DNA of 64,000 nt, taken from positions 1,614 through 65,613 of the forward strand of contig JAFXDI010000023.1 in NCBI GenBank assembly GCA_017521245.1. The letters run 5' to 3'. The position numbers were made by a program, and so were the translations under genes. The stretch is from Bacteroidales bacterium (GTDB taxonomy: Bacteria > Bacteroidota > Bacteroidia > Bacteroidales > G3-4614). Every line of letters starts with the position of its first letter. Position 1 is the stretch's first letter. Shown piece by piece: positions 28,743-37,729 of the stretch. Under the pieces are notes generated by a model. That model was given only the letters and a program-made list of their open reading frames with translations. It was not told the origin of the DNA and ran no database searches.

Positions 28743-29564
28743 TTATTTCTCGTGTGTAGCCGCGTATGTTCCAACGATAGAGAATCCTATTTCGTCGATA
28801 GCGAATGTTAAGTTGTCAATTTTACTTGTAAAGAAGTTGTAAGAAATTACAGCCAAAGCACCAGTTGCGATACCGAATGCTGTGTTGATAAGTGCCTCAG
28901 AAATACCGGCAGATAGAGCAACAGAGTCAGCAGCACCGTCAGAAGCCAAAGCAGAGAATGATTTAATCATACCCATAACGGTTCCAAGTAGTCCGACCAA
29001 AGTACCAAGAGTTGTCAAAGTTGCAATGATAGGCAAGTTTTGGTTAAGTGCAGGAAGTTCCAATGCTGTAGCCTCCTCAACCTCTTGTTGGATAACTGCA
29101 AGTTTTTGCTCTTTAGTTAAACGAGTATCGTTCTCCATTTGCTCGTATTTAACAAGTACTGAAGTTACAACGTTAGCAACACATCCTTGTTGTTTGTCGC
29201 AAAGCTCTTGAGCACCTTTAATATCGTTAGCAGCCAATTTCTCTTTGATAGCAGCAACGAATTTTGCAGTTTTACCTTTACCCATTGCTTTCATAAGAAC
29301 GATTGCACGCTCAACACTTAATACGATAACTGTTAAGAATAATGTTTGTAGAACTGGTACAATGAAACCTCCTTTAAAGATTGTTCCCAACATGTTCTCT
29401 GGGTGTCCAAGATCTGAGTCTCCGATTCCGTCACCGTTTACGTCTGTAAAGTTAGCAGGATCTCCTAAAAGGAAAATAAATACACATACTGCCACAACAG
29501 CACAACATAAAATTACCAAAAAGGCAGATTCAATACCTTTAAATCTTTTAGCTTTAGTTGCCAT
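28743..29564 (-). CDS. exbB: MotA/TolQ/ExbB proton-channel protein
   Basis: 273 aa. C-terminal TLGTLVGLLGTVMGMI...ISEALINTAFGI is the MotA/ExbB signature. Confidence 0.88.
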   Translation of the reverse strand: MATKAKRFKGIESAFLVILCCAVVAVCVFIFLLGDPANFTDVNGDGIGDSDLGHPENMLGTIFKGGFIVPVLQTLFLTVIVLSVERAIVLMKAMGKGKTAKFVAAIKEKLAANDIKGAQELCDKQQGCVANVVTSVLVKYEQMENDTRLTKEQKLAVIQQEVEEATALELPALNQNLPIIATLTTLGTLVGLLGTVMGMIKSFSALASDGAADSVALSAGISEALINTAFGIATGALAVISYNFFTSKIDNLTFAIDEIGFSIVGTYAATHEK

Positions 29565-29796
29565 AATAGAAATAAATTAATTTGTTAAGTTAATAATAAA
29601 AATATTTGATAGTTCTCTCTGTTTTTATCCTCTATATAGTTATGTATATAAAACGTGACTACTCCTTTTTTATTGTTGCCACACCTCAATATACGCCTCG
29701 TACGAACCTCTATTTTGGTCATACGAAAGCATTTACGATTTAACTACACCATGCACCATTCAAAAAATAAGTGAAAACAATGCACTATGCAGCGGT

Positions 29797-29826
29797 CAAA
29801 GTTACTTCATTATTTTGAATTACAAA
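29797..29826 (-). promoter_or_regulatory. Bacteroides-type promoter for the exbB cluster, implying a ~225-nt leader
   Basis: On the minus strand: TTTG (29826-29823), 18-nt spacer, TAACTTTG (29804-29797). The exbB ATG is at 29564. Confidence 0.45.
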
Positions 29827-29883
29827 AATTTTAGAGCCTTTTTTGAAGATTTTATCTCCGTTTTGATACATTTTTATTCATTA

Positions 29884-29922
29884 TATAAAAAACGAGAAAT
29901 AGACGACCGTCTATCTCTCGTT
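29884..29922 (-). terminator. rho-independent terminator after the Bax-inhibitor gene
   Basis: About 14-bp stem AACGAGAAATAGACG / CGTCTATCTCTCGTT with one mismatch. The minus strand continues TTTTTATATAA. Confidence 0.7.
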
Positions 29923-29951
29923 AATGTTTATTTGAAAATTATTCTCTTTTA

Positions 29952-30650
29952 CTATTTTCTATCGCCCAATAATCGCAATAGATAAAGGAACAGATTTATA
30001 AAATCTAAATAGAGCGTCAATGCTCCTAACAGAGCTATTTTTTGAGTCGCCACCTCGTCGCCTTGGTGATACTCTAACATTGCTTTTATTTTGTTGGTAT
30101 CGTAAATTGTCAAACCTACAAATATCAACACCCCTGCGTATGTTATAATCCAGTACATAGTACTGTTTGCCCAAAATATATTTACTACCGTTGCAATGAT
30201 AAGACCTATCAGCAACATAAATAATATACCACCTAATTTAGATAAATCTTTTTTAGTGAAATATCCGACAAGACTCATAACTCCAAATGTTCCTGCCGTC
30301 ACAAAGAATGTTGTTGCCACCGACTCTTTTGTGTATACTGCAAATATTACAGAGAGTGTTAATCCATTCACCAATGAGTACAAGAAGAACAATAGCAAGG
30401 ATGTCGAAAACGACATTTTATTTATTCTTGCGCTTATAATCATCACCAATGCAAACTCTGCTATAATCAATCCCCAAAACAAAATTGGGGAAGAGAATAT
30501 CGAATACATCAACTCTGTTGATTGTGCAACATATAGTGCCACAACTCCTGTTACTCCTAATGCAAGAGTCATCCACATATATACACTTTTCATTAATGCT
30601 CCCACCTGTGTTGCAGAATGTGAAGGCACATAATAATAGTTATTTCCCAT
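29952..30650 (-). CDS. Bax inhibitor-1 / YccA family membrane protein
   Basis: 232 aa, 7 TM segments, typical BI-1 C-terminal LYLDFINLFLYLLRLLG. Confidence 0.88.
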   Translation of the reverse strand: MGNNYYYVPSHSATQVGALMKSVYMWMTLALGVTGVVALYVAQSTELMYSIFSSPILFWGLIIAEFALVMIISARINKMSFSTSLLLFFLYSLVNGLTLSVIFAVYTKESVATTFFVTAGTFGVMSLVGYFTKKDLSKLGGILFMLLIGLIIATVVNIFWANSTMYWIITYAGVLIFVGLTIYDTNKIKAMLEYHQGDEVATQKIALLGALTLYLDFINLFLYLLRLLGDRK

Positions 30651-30724
30651 CTTATAAAAGTATTAATATTATTCTAAAATCTATTACACAAAATTGAGAT
30701 ACAAAGTTCATCAACTTTGCCCCA

Positions 30725-30755
30725 CAAAGTTAATACTTTATATATTACCTGCAAA
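30725..30755 (-). promoter_or_regulatory. Bacteroides-type promoter for the Bax-inhibitor gene
   Basis: On the minus strand: TTTG (30755-30752), 19-nt spacer, TAACTTTG (30732-30725). The leader then holds a hairpin CAAAGTT-GATG-AACTTTG (30719-30702). Confidence 0.55.
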
Positions 30756-30814
30756 ATGAGATCTTATATTGTTCCAACATCTTACTTGCATTGAATAGCA
30801 CAAACCTTTTTTTC

Positions 30815-31291
30815 TTAAAAATAGTTTGTTGGACGGCGAGGGCGACCTAATGCTTTGTTCAAAGTCATTTTAAGCAGTGTTATCATATCATCACACTGCA
30901 TGGCCAAATAAGCTGCTTTCTCATTAAGTTTATCTAAGTACCACTGCGACAAGAGATAAGCAATCATCATCTCTTTCATATAGTGAATTACAGAATCTTC
31001 GCAACCCGCCCCTATGGTTACTTTAAAACTAAACTCAGTCTCATTTTCGTCAGCAAACTCATCGCCACCCGAAGAGTACGGCAGAAGAATATCTCGCAAT
31101 TTATAAAATACCATACGCAATTTATCTCTACTCCACGGATAGTCATCACTACTTAATACCAACTTATCTACTACCCCATTATCTTCTCCTGCAGGAGGCG
31201 ACACCGATAGCGCTGTATAAGATGAACGACGAGTAAGTTCATTCAAAATCTCTCCTTTGTTAATTTTTAAATTGATTGAAATCTTTTTCAT
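30815..31291 (-). CDS. hypothetical protein (158 aa), no family recognised
   Basis: Long ORF on the locally coding strand, 26 nt after the preceding ORF. Basic C-terminal end GRPRRPTNYF. Confidence 0.5.
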   Translation of the reverse strand: MKKISINLKINKGEILNELTRRSSYTALSVSPPAGEDNGVVDKLVLSSDDYPWSRDKLRMVFYKLRDILLPYSSGGDEFADENETEFSFKVTIGAGCEDSVIHYMKEMMIAYLLSQWYLDKLNEKAAYLAMQCDDMITLLKMTLNKALGRPRRPTNYF

Positions 31292-31317
31292 AACTACCTT
31301 TTTTTTGTTTTTATTAT

Positions 31318-31770
31318 TTAAACTGTCTGTTTCTCTGCTTTAAGTTTTGCTAAATCCCTTCTTGCTTTTCTCTGACTTCGATAGTGCTGATACAATATCA
31401 ACTTTGCCGTTTGTACTCCAAAGAAAAAACGCGATGCTCTACTCTCTGCCAGCACTCGGTATAGAGCAGTTCGATAATCACAAGAGGGGTGGCGTTGCAT
31501 ATAATCCGAAACTTTTAAAGCCATCTCTTCATACATAGCCATTTTACATCCGTTTTTACATCTGATTGCTTGATGATCTAAAACTTTTCGCACGTTTCGA
31601 GCTGCCTCATCAAAAGTTATATAGTAACGTCCCTTTCCACTATAAAGAGTTTTCATTATTATCTTATCGCGCTCCTCAAAAGGTGCCATATCTCCCAACT
31701 CCTTCAACTCCTCTTCAAAAGCTTTAATAAAATCGTGCATTTTCTCTTCTTTAAACCTGTAACTTGTCAT
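31318..31770 (-). CDS. hypothetical protein (150 aa), no family recognised
   Basis: Predicted helical. Has H-x3-C-x3-C ... H-x2-C spacing (HQAIRCKNGC ... HPSC) and a basic tail. Preceded by AGGAG 4 nt before the ATG. Confidence 0.5.
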   Translation of the reverse strand: MTSYRFKEEKMHDFIKAFEEELKELGDMAPFEERDKIIMKTLYSGKGRYYITFDEAARNVRKVLDHQAIRCKNGCKMAMYEEMALKVSDYMQRHPSCDYRTALYRVLAESRASRFFFGVQTAKLILYQHYRSQRKARRDLAKLKAEKQTV

Positions 31771-31813
31771 AACTCCTAATTTATATATCTACCTAATTAA
31801 TATTTTTGTTTTG

Positions 31814-31867
31814 CAAAGATAAAACCTATATTGTAATTTTACAATACATAATGTGGTATTATTACCA
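31814..31867 (-). promoter_or_regulatory. putative promoter with two palindromes upstream of the orphan cassette
   Basis: -7 box TATCTTTG (31821-31814, minus). ATTG lies 20 nt upstream inside the palindrome TTGTAATTTTACAA (31831-31844). Second palindrome TGGTATTATTACCA at 31854-31867. Confidence 0.4.
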
Positions 31868-31947
31868 TTTTATATAATTTTACCAATACAACTTATTGAA
31901 CTTCGGTAGTTTAATTCATAGCAACATTTTTATTTTTTAGAGATAAG

Positions 31948-31982
31948 ACAAAAAAAGAGCAACTACATTATTGTAATTGCTC
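31948..31982 (-). terminator. rho-independent terminator after tRNA-Pro(CGG)
   Basis: 11-bp stem GAGCAACTACA / TGTAATTGCTC (one mismatch), loop TTAT. The minus strand continues TTTTTTTG. Confidence 0.7.
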
Positions 31983-31994
31983 AATCAACTAAAG

Positions 31995-32067
31995 TCGGGG
32001 CAAGAAGATTCGAACTTCCGACCTCCACGTCCCGAACGTGGCGCGCTACCAACTGCGCTATACCCCG
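31995..32067 (-). tRNA. tRNA-Pro, anticodon CGG
   Basis: Hand-folded 73-nt cloverleaf on the minus strand: CGGGGTA-TA-GCGC-AGTTGGTA-GCGC-G-CCACG-TTCGGGA-CGTGG-AGGTC-GGAAG-TTCGAAT-CTTCT-TGCCCCG-A. Confidence 0.9.
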
Positions 32068-32077
32068 AAATGCAATG

Positions 32078-32108
32078 CAAAAATACTCTTTTATTGTAAA
32101 TCTGCAAA
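32078..32108 (-). promoter_or_regulatory. Bacteroides-type promoter for tRNA-Pro(CGG)
   Basis: On the minus strand: TTTG (32108-32105), 19-nt spacer, TATTTTTG (32085-32078). Lies 10 nt upstream of the tRNA 5' end. Confidence 0.55.
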
Positions 32109-32246
32109 AAAATATATTTTATAAATTATAAATTAGATGTATTGATATTTTTGAAAACCGGCACGTTCATTTCGCTATATCGAGAAGAATCTTACAGCAT
32201 TATCGAATGTAGCTTTTTGAATATCATCAGGCGACATTTCAAGCAC

Positions 32247-32933
32247 CTATGCTACCTTATTTATAGTATTAACTATATAAGAAGGCTCGTTTCGTTTCCC
32301 CCGATATGGCACAGGTGTTAAGTACGGAGCATCAGTTTCAACCATTAACCTATCAATACCTATCTCCCTTATGGTATCATCTAATTTTGCATTTTTAAAT
32401 GTTGCTACCCCATTTATACCAAAATAAGCATCACCAACCTCTCGCACTCGTTTAACCTCATCCGGTGTTCCGCCAAAACTGTGCATAACAAATCTTTCAA
32501 TAGGATTTTGTTTTAGTGTCTGGAGCGTATCTTCAAATGCCTCTCTGTTATGTATTATAATAGGTAACGACATACTATTTGCCCACTTTATTTGCTCAGC
32601 GAAGACATCAATTTGTTCTTTACGATATGTAGTATCCCAATATAAATCAATACCAATCTCACCTACCGCCTTATAATCTCCCTGCAACAACTCATCATAA
32701 ACTTGTTGCAGTTGTTGTTTATAATCTTCTCCTACCGATGTGGGATGCAATCCCATTGCAGCAATACAGCAATCCGGATAGCTGTTTAGAACCCTCTTTA
32801 AGGGTGCAATTGTCTCAATATCTACATTGGGCAGCATCATTACTACCCCACTCTCTCTTGCCCGCTGTACTACCAAGTGACAATCTTCATCAAACTCGGG
32901 TAGATATATATGGGTATGGGTATCAAATATCAT
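32247..32933 (-). CDS. TatD family metal-dependent hydrolase, interrupted by an in-frame TAG (conserved C-terminus continues to 32175)
   Basis: 228 aa; DTHTHIY N-terminus and TatD-type H/E/D pattern. Directly after TAG (32247-32249) the same frame reads VLEMSPDDIQKATFDNAVRFFSI then TAG (32175-32177), which looks like the usual TatD C-terminal helix. Confidence 0.85.
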   Translation of the reverse strand: MIFDTHTHIYLPEFDEDCHLVVQRARESGVVMMLPNVDIETIAPLKRVLNSYPDCCIAAMGLHPTSVGEDYKQQLQQVYDELLQGDYKAVGEIGIDLYWDTTYRKEQIDVFAEQIKWANSMSLPIIIHNREAFEDTLQTLKQNPIERFVMHSFGGTPDEVKRVREVGDAYFGINGVATFKNAKLDDTIREIGIDRLMVETDAPYLTPVPYRGKRNEPSYIVNTINKVA

Positions 32934-33886
32934 ATCTTACGTTCAGTTAGCGAATTGGCAAATGCTTTTAACTCTTCGTTATTGGGTATGTTATTGAGAT
33001 ATGCCAATGCCTTTTGACTATAATCCGATATTTTTTCACGAGCCATCTTATCTATTCCCAACTCTGTATATATGGCAGTTACCTGTTCAATCTTATTATC
33101 ATCTTGCGGACCTTCCAACAGAGTTAACAATCTCTCTTTTGTATCTCCTTTTGCCATAGTCATAGCAGAGATAAGCATATAGGTTTTTTTGTTATTAAGT
33201 ATATCTCCACCTATTTTTTTACCAAAAGTTTTGGCATCGCCGTAAACATCTAAATAGTCATCTTGCAATTGGAATGCCAATCCTATATTCTCTCCAAATT
33301 TATATAGTGCTTCTGATTGTTCAGTAGTTGCACCTCCAATTATTGCACCCATCTTCAAAGCACAACCTATCAATACCGCAGTTTTTAGGCGAATCATATT
33401 TATATACTCCTCAACGGTCACATCCTCACGACTCTCAAACTCCATATCATATTGTTGCCCTTCGCATATCTCTAATGCAGTTTTATTGTAAAGGTCAAGC
33501 ACCTCTTTATGTACATTTGAGGGAACTTCACACACCTTTTGTGTTGCAACGATTTGCATTGCATCACCTGAAAGAATTGCGGTATTTTCGCTCCATGCAA
33601 TATGAACAGTGGGACGTCCTCTGCGAATCTCAGCCTTATCCATAACATCATCGTGCAAGAGAGTAAAATTATGAAATATCTCTAAACCTAATGCAGGAGA
33701 TATTGCACTATTAACATTCCCACCAAACATATCACACGCCATTAGTGTTAAGAGAGGTCTTACACGTTTGCCGCCCATATCTAACTGATATTTCACAGGT
33801 TCATACAATCCAAATGGTGTTTTTGGATATTCAATGTTAGCAACCGCCTTGTTTATTAGCTCTATATACTCTTCGACTGTTTGCAC
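32930..33886 (-). CDS. polyprenyl diphosphate synthase (trans-isoprenyl diphosphate synthase family)
   Basis: 318 aa. First and second Asp-rich motifs LLHDDVMD and QLQDDYLDVYGD. Product chain length not inferable. Confidence 0.88.
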   Translation of the reverse strand: MQTVEEYIELINKAVANIEYPKTPFGLYEPVKYQLDMGGKRVRPLLTLMACDMFGGNVNSAISPALGLEIFHNFTLLHDDVMDKAEIRRGRPTVHIAWSENTAILSGDAMQIVATQKVCEVPSNVHKEVLDLYNKTALEICEGQQYDMEFESREDVTVEEYINMIRLKTAVLIGCALKMGAIIGGATTEQSEALYKFGENIGLAFQLQDDYLDVYGDAKTFGKKIGGDILNNKKTYMLISAMTMAKGDTKERLLTLLEGPQDDNKIEQVTAIYTELGIDKMAREKISDYSQKALAYLNNIPNNEELKAFANSLTERKI

Positions 33887-33914
33887 GACTATTATAATAT
33901 TCTGGGGTAATTAT

Positions 33915-34604
33915 TTATTCTGTAACTCTCTTTTGAAATTCGTTCATCAACCACTCATCCTGCTCTGCAATACTCATATTTGAGTTGTCTAACACAAGTG
34001 CATCATCAGCTTTTCGTAACGGGCTTACTGCTCGAGTTTGGTCAATACGGTCACGCTCCTCAACATTAAAAAGCACCTCTTCAAAGGTTACTTCATTATT
34101 ACCCTTTGAACGCATCTCATCTAAACGGCGCTGTGCTCTTATTTGTGGCGAAGCAGTTACAAATATTTTTAGTTCGGCATCCGGGAATACTGTTGTTCCA
34201 ATATCTCTGCCATCCATTACAATACCTTTGTCATCGCCCATCTTTCGTTGAAGAGCAACCATTGCCTCACGCACCAAAGGAACTGCCGCAACAATACTCA
34301 CTTTGCCCGAGACCTCCATCCCGCGTATCTCCTTCTCTACATTCTCGTCATTGAGCATAAGATATTGGGCTCCTGATTCATCAAGGCCAAAGGTTATTGA
34401 GATATTGTTGATTACGGCTTTGAGAGCCTCTTCATCAACCTTATCTCCTTTAATCATATTGTTTCGCAAACAATATAGAGTTACTCCGCGATACATTGCT
34501 CCTGTATCAACATACACATACCCTATTCTCCTTGCCAACTCTTTTGACATAGTACTCTTTCCACAAGATGAGAATCCGTCGATGGCTATCGTAATTTTTT
34601 TCAT
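33915..34604 (-). CDS. cmk: (d)CMP kinase
   Basis: 229 aa. P-loop [13 protein letters not shown], then YVDTGAMYR, as in cytidylate kinases. Confidence 0.93.
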   Translation of the reverse strand: MKKITIAIDGFSSCGKSTMSKELARRIGYVYVDTGAMYRGVTLYCLRNNMIKGDKVDEEALKAVINNISITFGLDESGAQYLMLNDENVEKEIRGMEVSGKVSIVAAVPLVREAMVALQRKMGDDKGIVMDGRDIGTTVFPDAELKIFVTASPQIRAQRRLDEMRSKGNNEVTFEEVLFNVEERDRIDQTRAVSPLRKADDALVLDNSNMSIAEQDEWLMNEFQKRVTE

Positions 34605-34618
34605 ATATAACGTTGCTT

Positions 34619-35638
34619 TTATCGTTTAAAATCGTTTAAACGCATATTGATGTTGAACATAAACATTGTTCCCTTAGCATGGCGATTTGCCACTGAAATA
34701 CCAAGTCCTACCATCTTTACCTGTACTCCTGTTCCGAATGTAAATCCCGATAAGAAATTTCTTCCGTAACGAAGCATATCGGTATGCGTTTTGTAATTAT
34801 ATCCCAAAGCTATATAAAAATTTCGACTTGGAATATACTCCACTCCAAAAATCATATGGCGAAACAGATTTGAAAAGAAGGTATCTTTTGTCTCAAGGAT
34901 TTCTCCTCCCGAAAATTCATCGGTACGAGGTTTAGTATATGGCAAGTGCCACTTGCTCAGGTGATCAACAGTTACCGACCATCTTATAGGTACACTACGC
35001 ATCGTTTTTGAGAATCCAAATTGTATATCCCATGGCAAGCGTTCGTGAGTTTCGGTAAATCTTTTTAATTGACCTCCTAAATTTTTAAACACCAATGACA
35101 TTGAAAACTCTTTGTTTGGATTGTAGTAGTTAAGACCAACATCTACTGCAAGTGCCAATGATGAGTAGTCGGCATAAGCCGAATATATTAATTTTGCTTG
35201 AAATCCACCTCGCCACCTTGCACCAAAATCATGAGTGTAACCACCGTTTATCACCATATCTTTTGCCGAGAATGTTCCCAATATATTACCTTGAGCATCG
35301 GCTTCGGTTAAATTACCATAACCAACATATTGCAATCCTGCCGACCACGCAGCCCTATCACCTGCCGCCTTTGCAAACATTGCTCCAGCAGAATTGGTTC
35401 CCGCCATATATCGCATATAGTTAAGGTCTATTATCATATCCATCTCTGGACCTAACAATGCGGGATTATAACGAACCATAGAGACATCCTCTTCAATGAT
35501 AGAGATATTGTTTCCGCCCAACGAATTGGCATGTGAAGACACAGGCAAACCGAGAAAATCAAATGCCGATTTTCCCTCTTGCGACTTTACGGTTGGCGCT
35601 ATCCAGAGCGCTATCACAAAAAAAACAATTCTCTTCAT
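34619..35638 (-). CDS. porQ: PorQ-like T9SS outer-membrane beta-barrel protein
   Basis: 339 aa. Signal peptide, [17 protein letters not shown] start and beta-barrel patterning resemble the PorQ family as I remember it. Next to cmk. Confidence 0.6.
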   Translation of the reverse strand: MKRIVFFVIALWIAPTVKSQEGKSAFDFLGLPVSSHANSLGGNNISIIEEDVSMVRYNPALLGPEMDMIIDLNYMRYMAGTNSAGAMFAKAAGDRAAWSAGLQYVGYGNLTEADAQGNILGTFSAKDMVINGGYTHDFGARWRGGFQAKLIYSAYADYSSLALAVDVGLNYYNPNKEFSMSLVFKNLGGQLKRFTETHERLPWDIQFGFSKTMRSVPIRWSVTVDHLSKWHLPYTKPRTDEFSGGEILETKDTFFSNLFRHMIFGVEYIPSRNFYIALGYNYKTHTDMLRYGRNFLSGFTFGTGVQVKMVGLGISVANRHAKGTMFMFNINMRLNDFKR

Positions 35639-35825
35639 TATATTGTATTATCCTAATAATCTTACCAATAAGTCAGATATAACAATCCTTAAAAATCCCT
35701 CCAAAGGGCAAAACTACAAAATAATAACGTAAAAATATCGTTTTGATTATATCAAGAGATAAAAATTATCGTATAATTAGTTAAATTTGCGATGAAATTG
35801 ATTTTAAAATTAAAGATAATAGTAT

Positions 35826-36674
35826 ATGAAACTTTCATTAAAAACTACACTTGCAGTTATTTTTGCGTTACTCACTTTTAGTAATATAAGTGCATACGAC
35901 TTTAAGGAGGTTAGCGGAAGCGATACCATCTACTACAACAAAACTAAAAACCCAAAAATTGTTTATGTTACATACAAAGACGCCAATGAGGGTTGTTATG
36001 TAGGAGATATTGTAATTCCCACATACGTTACAAACGAGGGGACAAAATATATTGTTGGTGGCATAGACAATGGTGCTTTCAAAAATTGCTATGCTTTAAC
36101 AAATATATCTCTTCCAATAGGTATTGAGTACATTGGTGACGATGCATTTAGAAATTGCACTACTATTACTCAAATCACTCTACCCGAGTATATTACCAAG
36201 ATTGGATACTACTCTTTTGGCAATACAGGTTTGAAAGAGGTTAAGATTCCTGCCGTTGCAAAGATTGAGGGTATGGCATTTAAAGGATGCAAAAACCTTA
36301 AATATGTAACCCTACACGATAGTACAAAAGTTATTGACGACTTTGCTTTTATGGATTGTCACAAACTTGAAAAAATTAACCTACCAGTAGGATTGGAGCG
36401 TTTAGGTAGAAGTGCATTTTTTAATTGCTACAATTTGGGAGAAGAGGTTACTATATGGCACAAAACAAAACTTATTGGTTTGTACGCATTTGGCAACTGT
36501 CACAAATTAAAAGTTATTCGTTGTAACGGAACAGCATATATTCCCTATTGCGAAAAGTTCGCCTTTGGAGATATTCGCCCAATTAACAAAACACTTATTG
36601 TTCCACCTAATACCAAGAATGGTTATATTAGAATACAAGAGTGGCAAGATTTTACCAATATCATAGAGGAGTAA
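35826..36674 (+). CDS. BspA-type leucine-rich-repeat protein with signal peptide
   Basis: 282 aa. Repeated ~23-aa units with AF..C..L..I.LP (FKNCYALTNISLP, FRNCTTITQITLP, FKGCKNLKYVTL, FMDCHKLEKINLP). Confidence 0.8.
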   Translation: MKLSLKTTLAVIFALLTFSNISAYDFKEVSGSDTIYYNKTKNPKIVYVTYKDANEGCYVGDIVIPTYVTNEGTKYIVGGIDNGAFKNCYALTNISLPIGIEYIGDDAFRNCTTITQITLPEYITKIGYYSFGNTGLKEVKIPAVAKIEGMAFKGCKNLKYVTLHDSTKVIDDFAFMDCHKLEKINLPVGLERLGRSAFFNCYNLGEEVTIWHKTKLIGLYAFGNCHKLKVIRCNGTAYIPYCEKFAFGDIRPINKTLIVPPNTKNGYIRIQEWQDFTNIIEE

Positions 36675-36689
36675 TTATAAAAAATAATT

Positions 36690-37565
36690 ATGTCAATTGT
36701 TGAGATAGATAGTAAGTCGGGGTTTTGCTTTGGAGTGGTAACTGCCATTCGCAAAGCAGAAGAGGAACTTGAAAAAGGCAATACACTGTATTGTTTAGGA
36801 GACATTGTGCATAATAACGAAGAGGTAGAGAGACTTAAACATAAAGGATTAGTTACAATAAACCACGAAGAGTTTAAGCAACTAAAAAACGCAAAAGTTC
36901 TGTTAAGGGCTCACGGAGAACCACCCGAAACATATCGCATTGCAAAAGAGAACAATATTGAAATTATAGATGCCACATGTCCTGTTGTGCTTCGTTTACA
37001 GCAACAGATAAAAGAGTCGTACATAAACGGAGACAGGGAGAACGAAGAGATTGTTATTTATGGCAAACGTGGGCATGCCGAAGTAAATGGTCTTGTTGGG
37101 CAAACCGAAGGCAATGCCATTGTAATTGAGGGTAGCGAGGATTGGAGTCTTGTTGACACTTCAAAAAAGATTCTCTTATACTCTCAAACCACAAAATCAG
37201 TTGAGGGACTAAATAAGATGGCAGAGGGTTTGCGTAGTTTACAAATAGGCGGTAATACACTTGAATATCACGACACTATTTGCCGCCAGGTTGCAAACAG
37301 AATACCAAATATTAGAGAGTTTGCGACCAAACACGATGTTGTTCTTTTTGTGTGTGGCGAAAAGAGTTCAAATGGCAAAGTGTTGTTTGAAGAGTGCAAA
37401 AAAGTTAACCCCGACACTCATATGATTTCAAATATTTCAATGATAGATAATCAATACCTATGCAACAAAAAGAGCATTGGAATATGCGGAGCCACATCTA
37501 CTCCAAAATGGCTTATGGAAGAGATTGCCGAATATGTAACAAACATAGTTAATGGCAAACTGTAA
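36690..37565 (+). CDS. ispH: 4-hydroxy-3-methylbut-2-enyl diphosphate reductase
   Basis: 291 aa. GFCFGV, DATCP and typical LytB layout. Confidence 0.93.
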   Translation: MSIVEIDSKSGFCFGVVTAIRKAEEELEKGNTLYCLGDIVHNNEEVERLKHKGLVTINHEEFKQLKNAKVLLRAHGEPPETYRIAKENNIEIIDATCPVVLRLQQQIKESYINGDRENEEIVIYGKRGHAEVNGLVGQTEGNAIVIEGSEDWSLVDTSKKILLYSQTTKSVEGLNKMAEGLRSLQIGGNTLEYHDTICRQVANRIPNIREFATKHDVVLFVCGEKSSNGKVLFEECKKVNPDTHMISNISMIDNQYLCNKKSIGICGATSTPKWLMEEIAEYVTNIVNGKL

Positions 37566-37729
37566 GAATTAGAGCAAAGGTAGAAAAATTTTGAGTATCC
37601 AAACATTGAAGGAGAAAAGTTATATTATCCTATTTTTCTCAAATTTTAAAACGGCATTCTACTCTTTTCTTGTAATACTATACACTTTTATAAAATATTT
37701 ATTATCTTCGCAGTAAATAATTTACTACA

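Noticed and set aside
31771-31785. AGGAG before the 150-aa ORF as proof of Shine-Dalgarno-dependent, foreign-type translation.
   Set aside because: It is a single occurrence, and the sequence (ATTAGGAG) also resembles the abundant ATTAGGAA word of this genome. It is mentioned in the cassette finding but is not treated as evidence of horizontal origin.
29952-32067. Integrated mobile element or genomic island at tRNA-Pro(CGG).
   Set aside because: There is no integrase, recombinase or transposase. I could find no direct repeat of the tRNA 3' end (TCGGGGCAAGAA on the plus strand) downstream. Composition looks like the flanks. Only the two orphan ORFs remain unexplained, and they are reported separately.
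32247-32249. Idea that TAG is a reassigned sense codon genome-wide, prompted by the in-frame TAG in TatD.
   Set aside because: TAG cleanly terminates several well-delimited genes in this window at the expected protein length: leuS, the sialidase gene, tonB, the SNF transporter, the CotH gene and pheA (TAG followed by TAA). A global reassignment is therefore not supported.
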